A stretch of 57,051 nucleotides of DNA from a virus (Duplodnaviria; Caudoviricetes). The position numbers and the translations under genes were made by a program. The DNA lies in the IMG/VR virus record IMGVR_UViG_3300048031_000576, positions 1 through 57,051 of that record; one strand, given 5' to 3'. This document shows, in pieces, positions 26,276 through 37,589 of this stretch (position 1 is its first letter; every line of letters starts with the position of its first letter). The notes beneath the pieces are model-generated. The model searched no databases. It was not told the origin of the DNA and was given only the letters and a program-made list of their open reading frames with translations.

Positions 26276-29200
26276 ATGCCTCGTAATGTAGATCCCGGAA
26301 CCATTCAGGTCGGAAAGGGCCTTGCCCCCGAAGGCACGGTAGAGGACAACTCGCTGAGGCGATCTGAGCGGGACGTGGATCCACTTCGGGTACACATCCA
26401 CGACTCCAGTCGAGCCCACATGGCGGAAGCCATTGGAATCAAGGACGAAGGTGATTGCTATACCAGCGACGACGTTGAGGGCGCACTACAGGAGATCTGC
26501 GCGGGGTCCGGTGCCGGTCGGCTCAACGGGTTGATCTCGGGTGGCACCTTCAACGAACTCGGCAACGCTCCGAATGGTAGTGGAGCACCCGTGGCTCTGG
26601 TGCCCTTGACACTGGGTACGCCTACAGAGGTAGCCCTGAGTGCAGGAGTGTTGGTTGCAGGCGGGCTGACGGTCACTCTTCCCGATGCCGCTGTGTCGTA
26701 TTTCATCTATGTGGATTGTGATGCCGCCAGCCCCGCTTACCGAACGCTGCAATTCACGGCGGGTACTCCACCAGAGGTTGAGAGTGCTACCGGTGTCGAG
26801 CATGTGATGATCGCTCGCGTGGACTGCGACGGTGCCGCTCAGATCACAGCATGGCAAGATGCCCGCTTTTTCGTGCGAAACCTCGACCGCAAGGTGCAGT
26901 ATTCCTCACGTAATGGCGAAAACGTCGATGCGTGGAGCGAGGGGTGTTTTGCCACCCTGGAGTCGTTCTTTTTCTGGATGCAATTCTACGGTGACACCGG
27001 GACATCGGAAGAGCAGAAGGGCACTGTTCTGATCCGAGGGACACACAATCTTTCCGCCACGCTGACGGTGCCCTCCAACCACCTTCAGTTTATTGGCGAC
27101 GGTGAGGCGGTCCTCACAAGCGGAACGCTCACGGCCCCCTTGATTGATGTCTCCAACCGGAGTGACATTCTTTTTCGTGGGATCACGTTTGCGCGGAGCG
27201 CGGGCGAGACAGCGGCCATCACGGGGTCCGGCACGATCTCTCAGGTCAAGATCGAGAACTGTTCCTTTGCTGGGGGTTTTCCCCAGTGCGTCACGTTGAC
27301 TGGGGCTTCTTCGGTCATGGTGCAGGGCTGCTCGCTGGTTGGGTTCAGCGGCGTCGGGCTCAACTTTGATGACTGTGAGAATGTGACCGTTGAGGGGGGG
27401 CTTCTTCAAGGCTCCTCGTCCACGGCGGGTGTTCAGTGCGGGGCCACGACCGCTTGTGCTGGAGTGGTTATCTCCAACGTCGAGGTCAGTAACACTGACT
27501 ACGGTGTGCGGGTGTATGACACTGCGGAAGTGCGGATTGTGTACAACTCTTTCAGCACGGCGGCACAGGCAGCGATCAACCTCCAAGGGTTGTGCATTGA
27601 CTACGCGATCCAGGGCAACGTGATCGACGGTAGTTTGGGGGCTTCCGAACCAACTTCAACGGGAGTCTTCGTACAAGGCAACGCGACAGGGGTTGCGGCA
27701 CGAGGGGTAATCTCGACCAATGTGATCCGTAGATGCCATGACGGGATTCTGGCTGTCGGGTTCGACAACACCAACCTTCTTGATTCCCTGGTGATCTCGG
27801 GCAACGTGCTTTCGGAGATTGCTCACGATCAAGACGTGCGGGCAGACACTTTCAGTGGTGTGGGTACGAAGGGAATCGGTCTGGAGTTGTGTCTCTCCGT
27901 GACCGTGGCTGAGAATGTCCTGGAGGATGTGGGGTCGATTGCCGGTGTCGCCTTTGGTGACCCGGTGTACTCGTTGCCCGTGTATGTTCGCAACTGCCAG
28001 CAGATCCTCGTGTCCGGGAACCAGATTCGGACCCCTCAATCATTTGGTATTGGGGAATCCGCTGGCATGGTCTTCGCCACGGGGAAGCAGGTAGGCGGGT
28101 TTCTTTCCTCTCTGCTCAGGGTGGAAGGCAACCTACTGACCTTCAATGACGCGAACAACTCGTCTAAATATGGGATTCTGTTTGTGGCTTCAGACGCCAC
28201 AGTAGTTCCTGTGTTCAATGAAGTCTCCGTGTCCCGGAACTCTTTGAAGGCGGGGACCGGAACCAAGGCGGTGAACTCGGGCGTGTTGTTCACGACGGCT
28301 GATATCGTGACGGGGGTGTTGACCGGAGGCACGTTCTCGGACGTTCACGTTGCGGGGAACCATCTGGAAAACCATCGGGAGTACGGTGTCGCCTTCTATC
28401 TCCTGAACACGTCGGAGAGCCACGACAATAGGTTGAACAACCTCACGGTCGAAGACAACAACCTGACCGGCGACACGCCCACGTCTCAGGCTGTCGGTGT
28501 CTTCCTTGCGGCTAAATCTACAGCGGCGGCTTACAAGTCCCTTGTTGAAGGTGTTTCTTTTCAGGGGAACGTGATCCGTGGCTTCGGCTATGGTGTGCGT
28601 TGTACTGTCGAGGACAGCAATATCGCCCAGCCCTCAGTGTGTCGCGATATCTCTCTTGATGGGAATCACGTTTATGACCTGTCCACGGTCCCTGCTTCAC
28701 CAAAGTCCATAGGTGTTTCCTTTACGACTACCGGCGTGGGCATCAGTGAGAGCACCAATGTGAGTCTGTCGGGCAATGTGATCCGAGGTGACGACACACC
28801 GGAAGGTGTCGCGGTTCAAATGCCGGGTCATGCGGCAACGGGGCTTCGGGTGGACGGGAACCTCTGTGAGTTGGGGAACGGTGTCGCGACGATTGATCGT
28901 GGTATTGAACTCGTGATGGGCGACAACGCGGCCACCCGTTCTCTTCGAAATGTGTCCTTTAGCGGGAATCAGGTCCGTATTCAGAACGCGAACGCGGGAG
29001 GATTTGCCCTGCATTGGTCGCTGAACCGGATCGGTGTTTCTCAAGCCCGGATCACAAACAACATTCTGGTTGCGGGGGGTCAGGATGCACTGGTTCTCGC
29101 ACACCAAGGTGACGCGGGTGCCTTTGAGGGCTTGACCGTGGAGGGGAACACCATCAGTGATTTCGCTGGGGGCGAGGGTCTGCTGTTTGACTTGAGCAGC

Positions 29201-30406
29201 ACGGAGTTGAGTCTTCAGCAAATCTCTTTCAACCGCAACCAGATCATGGGTCCGCATGACACCACGAACACCGCGAAGGCATCCCTTCGTTTGGTGGCAA
29301 CCCAAACGGCAGGCTCGTCCTTTAGGGGCGTTCAGGTCGAGGGGAACATGATCGGCAGCAGCGTGGGGAACTACCCGCGACGAGGCATTTCTCTCGCCTT
29401 CCCTACTCAGACGGGGGTTATCTTTCAGTGGGAGAACATCAGCATCTCGGACAACGATGTGCAGATGGAATTTGCCGGTGGAGGAGTTTCCGTTGGGGTG
29501 GACCTACTTCTTAGGCAGGTTCAAGCAACTCCCTCGTTTGCCGAGAATGTCCGAGTTGAGCAGAACACGATTCAGGTTCAAGCCTCTGGGGCAATCACCG
29601 CTCTTACCTCAAAGGGTATTCAAATCGAGACTACCTGTAATGTCCGGGGTCTGTCGATCTCCAGCAATCAGGTTGACTGTGCAAACTCGCAGTCTTACTT
29701 CGACCACGGCATCCGGCTTTACCACACGTTCAGCACGGCTGAGGCGGAACAGGGAATTGCTCCAGGACCAACGACAAACTACGTGGTAGGGACTACCGCA
29801 GGAGTCTTCCACCCGGATTTCCGCTTCCCTGATCCCACTTCGGACGATTTCAATGCGGTCTCTTGGGAGGCGGTATCGATCTGTGCCAATCAGGTCCGAA
29901 TCTCCGCTGGTCAGAGCGCACCCAATCCGGCCTCCGATGCACAGCGGGGGGCGTTGTCCCTTCAGCATGTGCGAGTTCTCACCGGTCCCGTGTACCTTGG
30001 TGTGTGCCTCTGGGGCCTCGTGTGCTCAGGCAATGTGCTCAGATCCCCGAAAACAAACTCCGTGACCTCAGCGGGCAACGCATTGGAGATGTTTGGTTTT
30101 CGCACAAATCTCATGGGGGTCTATGCTGCGTGGCCCAACGGGGGGAGCAGCACAGATGCTCAGTTCGTCCAGGAGGGCTGGGCGGTGACTGGGAACTCCT
30201 CCACTGACTTTGCGCGTGAGGACGGGTCCGCTCCTGGGACATTTAATGGTCAGTGCGTGAAACTTCGGCAGACTGCCGCCACGGCGACTTCTTCTGGGAT
30301 CAACTCTTCCAACACGGCCCAAGATAACGGGGTGTCCACTGGTTGGGATGACCTCCAGTTGCTCGGTGGCACCCTCAACAGCAACACCTTCCCCCGTACT
30401 TACTGA
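26276..30406 (+). CDS. Tail spike / right-handed beta-helix protein (possible depolymerase)
   Basis: More than 20 (I/V)x(I/V)xGN(x)(I/L) parallel beta-helix repeats. Confidence 0.8.
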   Translation: MPRNVDPGTIQVGKGLAPEGTVEDNSLRRSERDVDPLRVHIHDSSRAHMAEAIGIKDEGDCYTSDDVEGALQEICAGSGAGRLNGLISGGTFNELGNAPNGSGAPVALVPLTLGTPTEVALSAGVLVAGGLTVTLPDAAVSYFIYVDCDAASPAYRTLQFTAGTPPEVESATGVEHVMIARVDCDGAAQITAWQDARFFVRNLDRKVQYSSRNGENVDAWSEGCFATLESFFFWMQFYGDTGTSEEQKGTVLIRGTHNLSATLTVPSNHLQFIGDGEAVLTSGTLTAPLIDVSNRSDILFRGITFARSAGETAAITGSGTISQVKIENCSFAGGFPQCVTLTGASSVMVQGCSLVGFSGVGLNFDDCENVTVEGGLLQGSSSTAGVQCGATTACAGVVISNVEVSNTDYGVRVYDTAEVRIVYNSFSTAAQAAINLQGLCIDYAIQGNVIDGSLGASEPTSTGVFVQGNATGVAARGVISTNVIRRCHDGILAVGFDNTNLLDSLVISGNVLSEIAHDQDVRADTFSGVGTKGIGLELCLSVTVAENVLEDVGSIAGVAFGDPVYSLPVYVRNCQQILVSGNQIRTPQSFGIGESAGMVFATGKQVGGFLSSLLRVEGNLLTFNDANNSSKYGILFVASDATVVPVFNEVSVSRNSLKAGTGTKAVNSGVLFTTADIVTGVLTGGTFSDVHVAGNHLENHREYGVAFYLLNTSESHDNRLNNLTVEDNNLTGDTPTSQAVGVFLAAKSTAAAYKSLVEGVSFQGNVIRGFGYGVRCTVEDSNIAQPSVCRDISLDGNHVYDLSTVPASPKSIGVSFTTTGVGISESTNVSLSGNVIRGDDTPEGVAVQMPGHAATGLRVDGNLCELGNGVATIDRGIELVMGDNAATRSLRNVSFSGNQVRIQNANAGGFALHWSLNRIGVSQARITNNILVAGGQDALVLAHQGDAGAFEGLTVEGNTISDFAGGEGLLFDLSSTELSLQQISFNRNQIMGPHDTTNTAKASLRLVATQTAGSSFRGVQVEGNMIGSSVGNYPRRGISLAFPTQTGVIFQWENISISDNDVQMEFAGGGVSVGVDLLLRQVQATPSFAENVRVEQNTIQVQASGAITALTSKGIQIETTCNVRGLSISSNQVDCANSQSYFDHGIRLYHTFSTAEAEQGIAPGPTTNYVVGTTAGVFHPDFRFPDPTSDDFNAVSWEAVSICANQVRISAGQSAPNPASDAQRGALSLQHVRVLTGPVYLGVCLWGLVCSGNVLRSPKTNSVTSAGNALEMFGFRTNLMGVYAAWPNGGSSTDAQFVQEGWAVTGNSSTDFAREDGSAPGTFNGQCVKLRQTAATATSSGINSSNTAQDNGVSTGWDDLQLLGGTLNSNTFPRTY

Positions 30407-30414
30407 GGTAATCC

Positions 30415-31587
30415 ATGAGGATCTTCACAGACATTGCATCCCATGACACGACGGGTGTAGCCCCTGGAGGGCGCATCATTCGCACGGATTCAACTCCGGA
30501 GGCGGGTGCAACGACGGAGATCAATGGTCAGTTTGTGTTTCCCGTGCCAGAGGGTGCGGCTCTTGAGGTGGACTCTTCGTCGTTCTACTTCCCCCAAGAA
30601 AACCTGAACAGCATCCCGTCACAGGCGGCAGCGGAGTTTCTGATCCGCTACCCGATGTACGACCACATCCTGTACAACTTCTACCTCGACAACGAGGACG
30701 TGGGTGCGTTTGACATTGCTGCCTTTGCGGACTTCCCTTCGTTGTCGAACACGACTCCGGTACTTCCAACAGCACTGGTCGCCCCTGCTTCTGCGCGTTG
30801 CACCCTTGGGCGTGCGTCCGGTCCTGGTGCCGTGGGAATGGTCCCGAACAGTCTGGGGATGCTTCCGAGGTCCGATGCGCGGGCGGCTCCGGTATACGGG
30901 TGTGCGGTCACGGCCACGATTGACCTGTGGGAGTACAATCCCTGCTACATTGAGGTGATTGCTTCCCCTGCTGCGGTTGGTGCCGTGATCTCAATAGGCG
31001 GGGTGAGTCTTTTAGGCTTTGCCGGTGCCCGTACTCCGGGGTCCAATAACTTCAATGCAACGGCGGGATCCTCGGCGTTGATCGCCGCAGATGTAGTGGC
31101 GGCGATCAATGACGGCGCGAATTCTTTTTCGACTTTCGTTCAGGCAAGCGTTGATCCCACGGTTCCCTCAAGAGTTCGACTGAAGCCCGTTCCGGCAACC
31201 AATACAGCGGTTACGGTAACCACCAGTGCCGCAGGTTCGTACACCGTGGTAGAGAGTCACCCCGGAACCGACGAAGTGATGCTGTGGTGGAAGGTGTCAG
31301 GATCCTCGACCTCAGAGGATCTTGGCTTTTCCAACAAGGGCACGTCAGCGGGTCAGAACAGTCCTGCGATCAAGACCTTGACGGAGACGGACCCTGAGAT
31401 CGCCCCCTTGCTTGTGTACGCGAGTGTGGACAATGGGGTTTCCTGGTCTTTGGTGCCCTATCTGGAGCCCGTAGATTTGGTGGGGGCGGGATCCGACTTG
31501 CGGGTGTGCTTCATCAACACCGGGACAGCCTCGTTGTACTTGCATGGTTTCTGTGTCCTCTTCCCTGACCTTCTCCCCCCGCTGTGA
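30415..31587 (+). CDS. Virion structural protein
   Basis: GAGG RBS; carries the GARTPG.N..N...GS...IAA....A.ND.AN.F module also found in 22742. Confidence 0.7.
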   Translation: MRIFTDIASHDTTGVAPGGRIIRTDSTPEAGATTEINGQFVFPVPEGAALEVDSSSFYFPQENLNSIPSQAAAEFLIRYPMYDHILYNFYLDNEDVGAFDIAAFADFPSLSNTTPVLPTALVAPASARCTLGRASGPGAVGMVPNSLGMLPRSDARAAPVYGCAVTATIDLWEYNPCYIEVIASPAAVGAVISIGGVSLLGFAGARTPGSNNFNATAGSSALIAADVVAAINDGANSFSTFVQASVDPTVPSRVRLKPVPATNTAVTVTTSAAGSYTVVESHPGTDEVMLWWKVSGSSTSEDLGFSNKGTSAGQNSPAIKTLTETDPEIAPLLVYASVDNGVSWSLVPYLEPVDLVGAGSDLRVCFINTGTASLYLHGFCVLFPDLLPPL

Positions 31588-31745
31588 GGTAGACTGTGCG
31601 CCACATTTCAGCACATGGCTTGAAGGGTAAGCAGAAGAAGCGGTTGGCCTCTGCTCGGAGGGTGATCTACCGAAAGATTCTGCGAGATCCCGGAGCCTCC
31701 GAGGGTCAGAAGCGCGAGGCTCGCCTAAAGTTGAACGCTTTGACA

Positions 31746-31779
31746 CGGTAGCCGTTCTATTCGCTCACCGTAGGGTGAG
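31746..31779 (+). promoter_or_regulatory. Putative late promoter
   Basis: CGGTA gccgtt CTAT N12 GGGTGAG. Confidence 0.6.
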
Positions 31780-31824
31780 GTTGGGAGAGGGTAGCCTGTC
31801 TCAAGATCCCTTCGGAGAAATAAC

Positions 31825-34800
31825 ATGGCTCAGGATTTCGGAAGCGGCGTTAGTCGAACATTATCCGCATCGGCACGGCAGTTTCTCCAGGCGGTGTGGC
31901 AATCGTCTAAGCCACCGCTGGACTCGGAACTGAACCTTGTAGCCCAGATCAGCGGGGAATCCCTTCAGAATGTCGTCCGGTCAGAGATGCACTCGGGGTT
32001 CTTTCTTGACCCCATGCAGTCCGACTCGGACTTCATGACGAGCGAGAACTGGAGCAACTGGTTCAAGATCGGGCGTCCTGCCAACGGGAGCACGGGTGCC
32101 GCGTTTTTGTGGGCCAATGTGAACGGTTGGGTGATTCCTGTTTCGGGCTCCGGTGTTTCTGAGGGTGACCCCAGCAACCGTGTGAATCTGTTCAACCCCC
32201 CTGCCACGGACTCCCGGATTGACCTCGTGTTTTTGGAGGTGTGGCAGGCTCAGGTGTCTCCAAACCCCAGCACCGCGAACAAGCCCTCTGCCAGCGCGAT
32301 CTACAAGTACGGCAACGTCGGATATGGTGGGACCAACATCTCTGACGATATCCAAGACCCGACGATTGGCTTTGAGACCACTGAACGGGTGCAGTTGCAG
32401 TACCGGATTCGGGTCGTCGGCAGCGGCACCGGGCTTGGTGACTCTGTTGATCTGGCTCAGTACCCCGACGGGCTGGATGACCCCAACGCGATTGCTCAGG
32501 GTACTCAGGCGGCTCCTGTTGCTGGGTATGCCTTCAACAATATGGGCGATGTTCTTGGGGATCGGGGTCTGTGGAGAGCGGGTGCAGGGGATTCTGTCAG
32601 CCGTGCCGCCCTTGGTACTGTGGATGGCTATGTCTACGCGATTCCTATGTGCGCGGTGTTTCGCCGGAATGAGAGCGCCTTTGTGGCGCTGACCAGCAGC
32701 GGCAATGCAAACCAGAATGGCTCGTTCAACCGCAATCCCGTGTCCGGATCCATTACGGTTCCACTCCAGGCGACTCGGACGCTCGCCACGGTGACTCTGG
32801 CAGCAGGCATTGATGAATCCGCGACGGGTCTGGTTTCGGTGACCGGTCTTGCGGGATCCGGTCTGGACAACGTGAACATCGACTGGACCGGCACGGTGAT
32901 TCAGATTGGCGATGAGATGATGGTCTTGCAGGGCGTGGACGCTGGGGCAGGGACCATTCAGATCGCGTCGATCACAGACGTGGCACCGTTGACTCCGTAC
33001 TATGGTCGTGGTCGTTTCGGTACAGAAGCCACGAGTCATCAGACGGGTGCTGAGATCAAGTTCTACACGTTCCGTCCTGACGGGGTGTTTGCGGATCAGA
33101 TCACCACCAACGATATCCTGGATCTCCGTCGGTCAGTCACGCTCGGTGAGTGGTCGTATGACTCCCTGTTGAAGCACAACTTGAGCAAGGTTCTCAATGG
33201 GAGTCTTCAGTCGTCGTACAAGCAGGGCAACGGAACCGACACTCAAGGCACCAAGATCATCGAGGTGGACACGTTTTTGGGCAAGGGCACGGGGACACTC
33301 CCAAACCAGACGGAACAACTCGACGGGTTCGACGGAATTCGGACGGTGTTCTCAGACAGTGCCGTTGTCCAGAACGACATCAGCCTGCTTCTGACTCCCA
33401 GCGGAGGTAACGTCAGTGTTTCGGGGAACACCTGGGAGGTTGCGGCGGATTTCTCCGTGTCGGGATTTATTCCTTCCAGTGGAAGTGCCTGGACGAACGG
33501 CTCTGTGATCTCGTTGTTCTTGGGCGGGGCTTCAGGGTCCGACGGCGCACGAGCGACTTCGGTTTCGGGCGCTCGTTTCATGCGCTTTGTTTCCCCCAAG
33601 GAATACTGGCTCTCCCGTGATGAGGTCAGCGGGATCGGGTTTTCCGGCAACCAGACGCCGTTCTTGATGCGGTTTGCGGGAGATGGGGTCACGGCACCTC
33701 AGAGTTGGAGCCAGCCTGCGGGCAAGGGGGAGTCCTCAGCCAACCACCCCGGTCCGATGTTCCCTCTGCCTGAGCACGACTTCCAGAGCCCCTACATGGT
33801 GCTCGGTGGCGTGGTGAACACCCTCTTGTTCAGTGCCACTGCGAACACCTTTGCAGGCAACGAGGTGCAGTTCACGGGGCTCAACTTTGACCTCGCCGGT
33901 CAGTGGGCTGAGGACGCAAGTTCACCTCGCCGGACGACCACGAGTGGGATCACCCACTTGCTTTTGCACGGCAAGCGGAATCTGTACGACATGCTGACGG
34001 CTGGAGGCAGGGATCTCAGCGGCGGGAGCAGTGAGTTGTTCCTGATCCTGACGGGCGGCACCAACGACATCGGTGTGTTCCGCGTCGTTGGTGCCGGAAC
34101 CATTGGCTACACCTACCAAGATGCCACGGCAGCAGATCGCTTGATCTTGGCCCCGGTCGGACCCGCATCCAACATCACTGGTGGCGAGGTCGTCACGGCG
34201 GCGGTTCGTTCGCACGATATGAACACGGAGGACAACCCCGGTACGTCTTACGCGGCTGCGGTGATCGTGATTACGGACCTCGCGGCAACAATTGGTGCAG
34301 GCACCAACCCGTGGAACGGGTTGTCGGCGGCTTCTATCACCAGTGACTTGATCTTGGACACCAGCATCCTGTATGGCCCGAGTCGTGGCGGGATGGCTCG
34401 CGTTCCCGATGCCCTGGAAAGGTTTGCTCTGGAGCAGCCTGAAGCCTCTGGTATTGAGGTCTTGCGTGAAGCCCCTGAAAACATCGACCCGTCCCCCTCC
34501 GACATCCGATCCCGAATAGGAGCCCCTGAAGACGAGTATTACTACAACGCCCAGCCCATGCAGGCATGGAACCGTTTGCCGGGTCTTGGTCTTCACGCCC
34601 CACATGCTCCTGATTACGGTGACGGTCGGTACAACTTTGAGACTCTCCGTGAGTCAGAGTTGCTGGTAGACCACGGGTCCAAAACGGTTGTGTTCCGCCC
34701 CTTCCAGCAGGTCAACATGAGTTTGCCTCTTCGGACAGCGGCGGCGGCTCAACTCCCCACCAACTACGACGACGGGGTGACACCCATCGACGGAGCAGGG

Positions 34801-37092
34801 TTGTTTGCGGCGACTTCTCAGCAAGAGATCTTCGCGGTGCCTCCTGAGTACATGCCACGTTTTGGTCGGCAGGATATTCCTGTGCGTTCCGTGGCCGGGT
34901 CTTCGGGTCCGTACTACGGTATCAACCACCTGTTCAGTGACACCCCTACGGGTGCTGATCCCACGCGGGACATCATTGGTGGCACGGCAGCAGCCGGGGT
35001 GCTGAAGATCGTGACCGGTGCCGCCTCTGGCCTGGACTATGGCGAGTGGAACGGCGCGAACTCGTGGTATCAGGGTCGTTTGTACGAAGACGTGAACGCC
35101 CGGTCCTCGGATCTGAACAAGGCGATGCGTGGTATCCAGTTGCCCCCGTATTTGGGTGTGGCGCGGGTTTACGGGATCTACGACAAGCGTGACTACGACG
35201 TGAACGGGTCCGCGTGGACGGATGCCGGGTTCACCCCTGACGGTGGTGTGGGAGCCGGGACAAACCTGATCCGTACCGCTGCGGGCAAGCAAACGCTGTT
35301 CTTGGTCAAGGACGGCGCAGCCGACGTGATCGCAAACGCAGACGCCCACACGTATGTGATTCCGGAAGAGGCAGTGGACATCACGTTGTCGCCCAACTTC
35401 GTCGTGGGAGAGGTCTTCGACGGTCTTGAGTACGTGGTCGAGGTCGCGGTCTTTGGGTTCGCCCAAGGGTTCGTGAATAAGAACAATTACGTGTTGAACC
35501 GGAACAACGCGCTGTCGGACTCGCTCCGCACGTCGATTCGCATGATTCTTCCTGCGGCAATGCCCAACGGTGTCCGGGGCTACGTTGCGCATCAGCGCAC
35601 GGTCTATCAGGGTGATCCCTACATGACCCGCGACGGCGCGACGATCCAGACGGCTGACTATGAGCAACGGTACGGTCAGGTGTCGGTGGCGAGTGCTTTC
35701 GCGGTGAACGCACCTCTTCAGCAGTACGACACCAACAACGCTCAGATTCCTGAGATCCCGAACGCCCGGTCTTTGGAGGTGTTGGCGACGGCAGACTTCT
35801 GGACGACTCTGGGCACAGGCAAGATCGGCGGACCTGTTCACGCGGGCACCCCCACGGATGCCGGATTCCTGTCCTCTCCAGGGACACGTCTTCCGGGAAC
35901 CAACACGGAGAACCCATACCAGCCTGCGGCACGGGCGTTCACTCTTTCGCAACAGGCGGATGGCACCTACGCGGATCTCGTCATTGAGATCACGGACAAC
36001 ACTCAGTTGACCAACTTGAGTGTTGTGCTCATCCGTGGCTCCCAGACAGTTGCTTTAGATCAGGGAGTGGCATGGGTCATTGGTGCCGATGCGGTGGCGA
36101 CGGCACGCGCCCTGACCAATGCAATCAATGGCAACAACGCGGCAAAGAACCTCGTTGCTGTCCGGGCATTTCAGCGAGGCAACGCGGTCATGCTGTCCTC
36201 ATACTTGCCCGGAGCACAGGGGGGCAACTCTACGGTATCCTTGACTCTGATTGGTGGTGGTGCGCCACCCAGCGGGGTTCAGTTGAACGTTCCGTATGCT
36301 TACGGAGTCACACCGAATCAGTCTGGATTGCTCAACGGAGTAGATGCCCCGGTCAATGGTTCACGGGTGGCTGCGGCTCCGACCCCTGTTGGGATCACAG
36401 GCATGACGGATCGGTTGCCACTGGGAATTCTGGTCAACGACTCGGACTTCCTGGGTGAAGATCCACTCCGCAAGGGGGTCACCTACGAGATCCGCTCCGG
36501 TGGCGGGGCTCAGGCCACGACAGAGGTGGCGACATTCAACGCTGACGGTCTTCCAAACGCTCAGTTGAGCGGTACGTTGGGTATGGCTGACGGGGCGGTT
36601 CTTCAGTACACGGCGTACAACGCGACCTCGGCACCGGATGGCACTCGTCGGTTCCGTTTGTACCGTGGCGGGGGCTCTGCCTACGTCGTTGATCCTGTCC
36701 GTGGTGGGGGTCCGGTTGATCTGAGTGCCGGGGGAATGTCGGCTGGTGACCTCCCGGTCTTGAAGGGTGCTGTGCTTGCGGGTCGGGCGTACCTTGTCCG
36801 CAATGGCTACGAGGATGCCTTCACCGGGAACGTGGTTCGCTCCTACGGGGACGAAATCCAGATGGTGATCGTGACCACGGCAGTTTACGGCAAGGGTTTG
36901 TCCTGCGAGCATGGGTATGCGTTGGACGGGTTGCTCTCCCCGACTGACTACGGGAAGGGCTACGCGGCGGCTGATCGATACCGTCTGGAGGGCAAGCCCC
37001 TCCTCAAGTCGGCTTCCGCGTTACTTGACCCGAACATCCCTCTTGCACCGTATCCGCCAGAAGACCCGGCAGACGATGACCCCTGTGCTTGA
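31825..37092 (+). CDS. Very large virion (baseplate/tail) protein, paralog of 22742-26272
   Basis: 1755 aa; shared motifs as listed for 22742. Confidence 0.8.
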   Translation: MAQDFGSGVSRTLSASARQFLQAVWQSSKPPLDSELNLVAQISGESLQNVVRSEMHSGFFLDPMQSDSDFMTSENWSNWFKIGRPANGSTGAAFLWANVNGWVIPVSGSGVSEGDPSNRVNLFNPPATDSRIDLVFLEVWQAQVSPNPSTANKPSASAIYKYGNVGYGGTNISDDIQDPTIGFETTERVQLQYRIRVVGSGTGLGDSVDLAQYPDGLDDPNAIAQGTQAAPVAGYAFNNMGDVLGDRGLWRAGAGDSVSRAALGTVDGYVYAIPMCAVFRRNESAFVALTSSGNANQNGSFNRNPVSGSITVPLQATRTLATVTLAAGIDESATGLVSVTGLAGSGLDNVNIDWTGTVIQIGDEMMVLQGVDAGAGTIQIASITDVAPLTPYYGRGRFGTEATSHQTGAEIKFYTFRPDGVFADQITTNDILDLRRSVTLGEWSYDSLLKHNLSKVLNGSLQSSYKQGNGTDTQGTKIIEVDTFLGKGTGTLPNQTEQLDGFDGIRTVFSDSAVVQNDISLLLTPSGGNVSVSGNTWEVAADFSVSGFIPSSGSAWTNGSVISLFLGGASGSDGARATSVSGARFMRFVSPKEYWLSRDEVSGIGFSGNQTPFLMRFAGDGVTAPQSWSQPAGKGESSANHPGPMFPLPEHDFQSPYMVLGGVVNTLLFSATANTFAGNEVQFTGLNFDLAGQWAEDASSPRRTTTSGITHLLLHGKRNLYDMLTAGGRDLSGGSSELFLILTGGTNDIGVFRVVGAGTIGYTYQDATAADRLILAPVGPASNITGGEVVTAAVRSHDMNTEDNPGTSYAAAVIVITDLAATIGAGTNPWNGLSAASITSDLILDTSILYGPSRGGMARVPDALERFALEQPEASGIEVLREAPENIDPSPSDIRSRIGAPEDEYYYNAQPMQAWNRLPGLGLHAPHAPDYGDGRYNFETLRESELLVDHGSKTVVFRPFQQVNMSLPLRTAAAAQLPTNYDDGVTPIDGAGLFAATSQQEIFAVPPEYMPRFGRQDIPVRSVAGSSGPYYGINHLFSDTPTGADPTRDIIGGTAAAGVLKIVTGAASGLDYGEWNGANSWYQGRLYEDVNARSSDLNKAMRGIQLPPYLGVARVYGIYDKRDYDVNGSAWTDAGFTPDGGVGAGTNLIRTAAGKQTLFLVKDGAADVIANADAHTYVIPEEAVDITLSPNFVVGEVFDGLEYVVEVAVFGFAQGFVNKNNYVLNRNNALSDSLRTSIRMILPAAMPNGVRGYVAHQRTVYQGDPYMTRDGATIQTADYEQRYGQVSVASAFAVNAPLQQYDTNNAQIPEIPNARSLEVLATADFWTTLGTGKIGGPVHAGTPTDAGFLSSPGTRLPGTNTENPYQPAARAFTLSQQADGTYADLVIEITDNTQLTNLSVVLIRGSQTVALDQGVAWVIGADAVATARALTNAINGNNAAKNLVAVRAFQRGNAVMLSSYLPGAQGGNSTVSLTLIGGGAPPSGVQLNVPYAYGVTPNQSGLLNGVDAPVNGSRVAAAPTPVGITGMTDRLPLGILVNDSDFLGEDPLRKGVTYEIRSGGGAQATTEVATFNADGLPNAQLSGTLGMADGAVLQYTAYNATSAPDGTRRFRLYRGGGSAYVVDPVRGGGPVDLSAGGMSAGDLPVLKGAVLAGRAYLVRNGYEDAFTGNVVRSYGDEIQMVIVTTAVYGKGLSCEHGYALDGLLSPTDYGKGYAAADRYRLEGKPLLKSASALLDPNIPLAPYPPEDPADDDPCA

Positions 37093-37130
37093 CTTTCACC
37101 TATTCTGAGTGACTTATGCAGGAGAACAAC

Positions 37131-37511
37131 ATGACGCGCAAACTGACCGCATCTGACCGTACCGCCTTGATCCGACTTGCGGGTGTGTTGCCCAAGGGTA
37201 GCGCCGAGCGCCGAACCCTCCTCGCTCGGCTCAAGGGGGGTGTCAACCTTGACTTCACCCACAGGCTTGACGGACTCAGCGTGAGGCTCAAGTTCAAGGG
37301 GACTGCTGGAAAACTCAAGGTGACCGGTAGGATGCACCCGTTCTTCCTCGGCCTTGACCCTTTGGACTGGGAGACTGTTGACAACTCCATCACAATCAAC
37401 CGCGAGGACAAGCCCGGAAAGGAGATTCCTTACAAGGTCCGCCGCGCAGTCGTAGACGAGATCCTCCGCTACATGAAGTCCACCTTCAAGAAGGAACTCT
37501 CGGGAAAGTGA
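37131..37511 (+). CDS. Basic hypothetical protein
   Basis: GGAG RBS before ATG 37131; MTRKLTASDRTALIRLA... Confidence 0.65.
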   Translation: MTRKLTASDRTALIRLAGVLPKGSAERRTLLARLKGGVNLDFTHRLDGLSVRLKFKGTAGKLKVTGRMHPFFLGLDPLDWETVDNSITINREDKPGKEIPYKVRRAVVDEILRYMKSTFKKELSGK

Positions 37512-37589
37512 GAAGCACGGCACCCCGTATGAGTACGCTGAGGCACAGCGGGATGCGATTTACCCTCGATAAGCGGGTACAGGTAGGGC

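Noticed and set aside
5236-35952. Long antisense ORFs (e.g. 5236-6363, 31981-33039, 34654-35952)
   Set aside because: They lie fully within well-supported opposite-strand genes, as expected in GC-rich DNA
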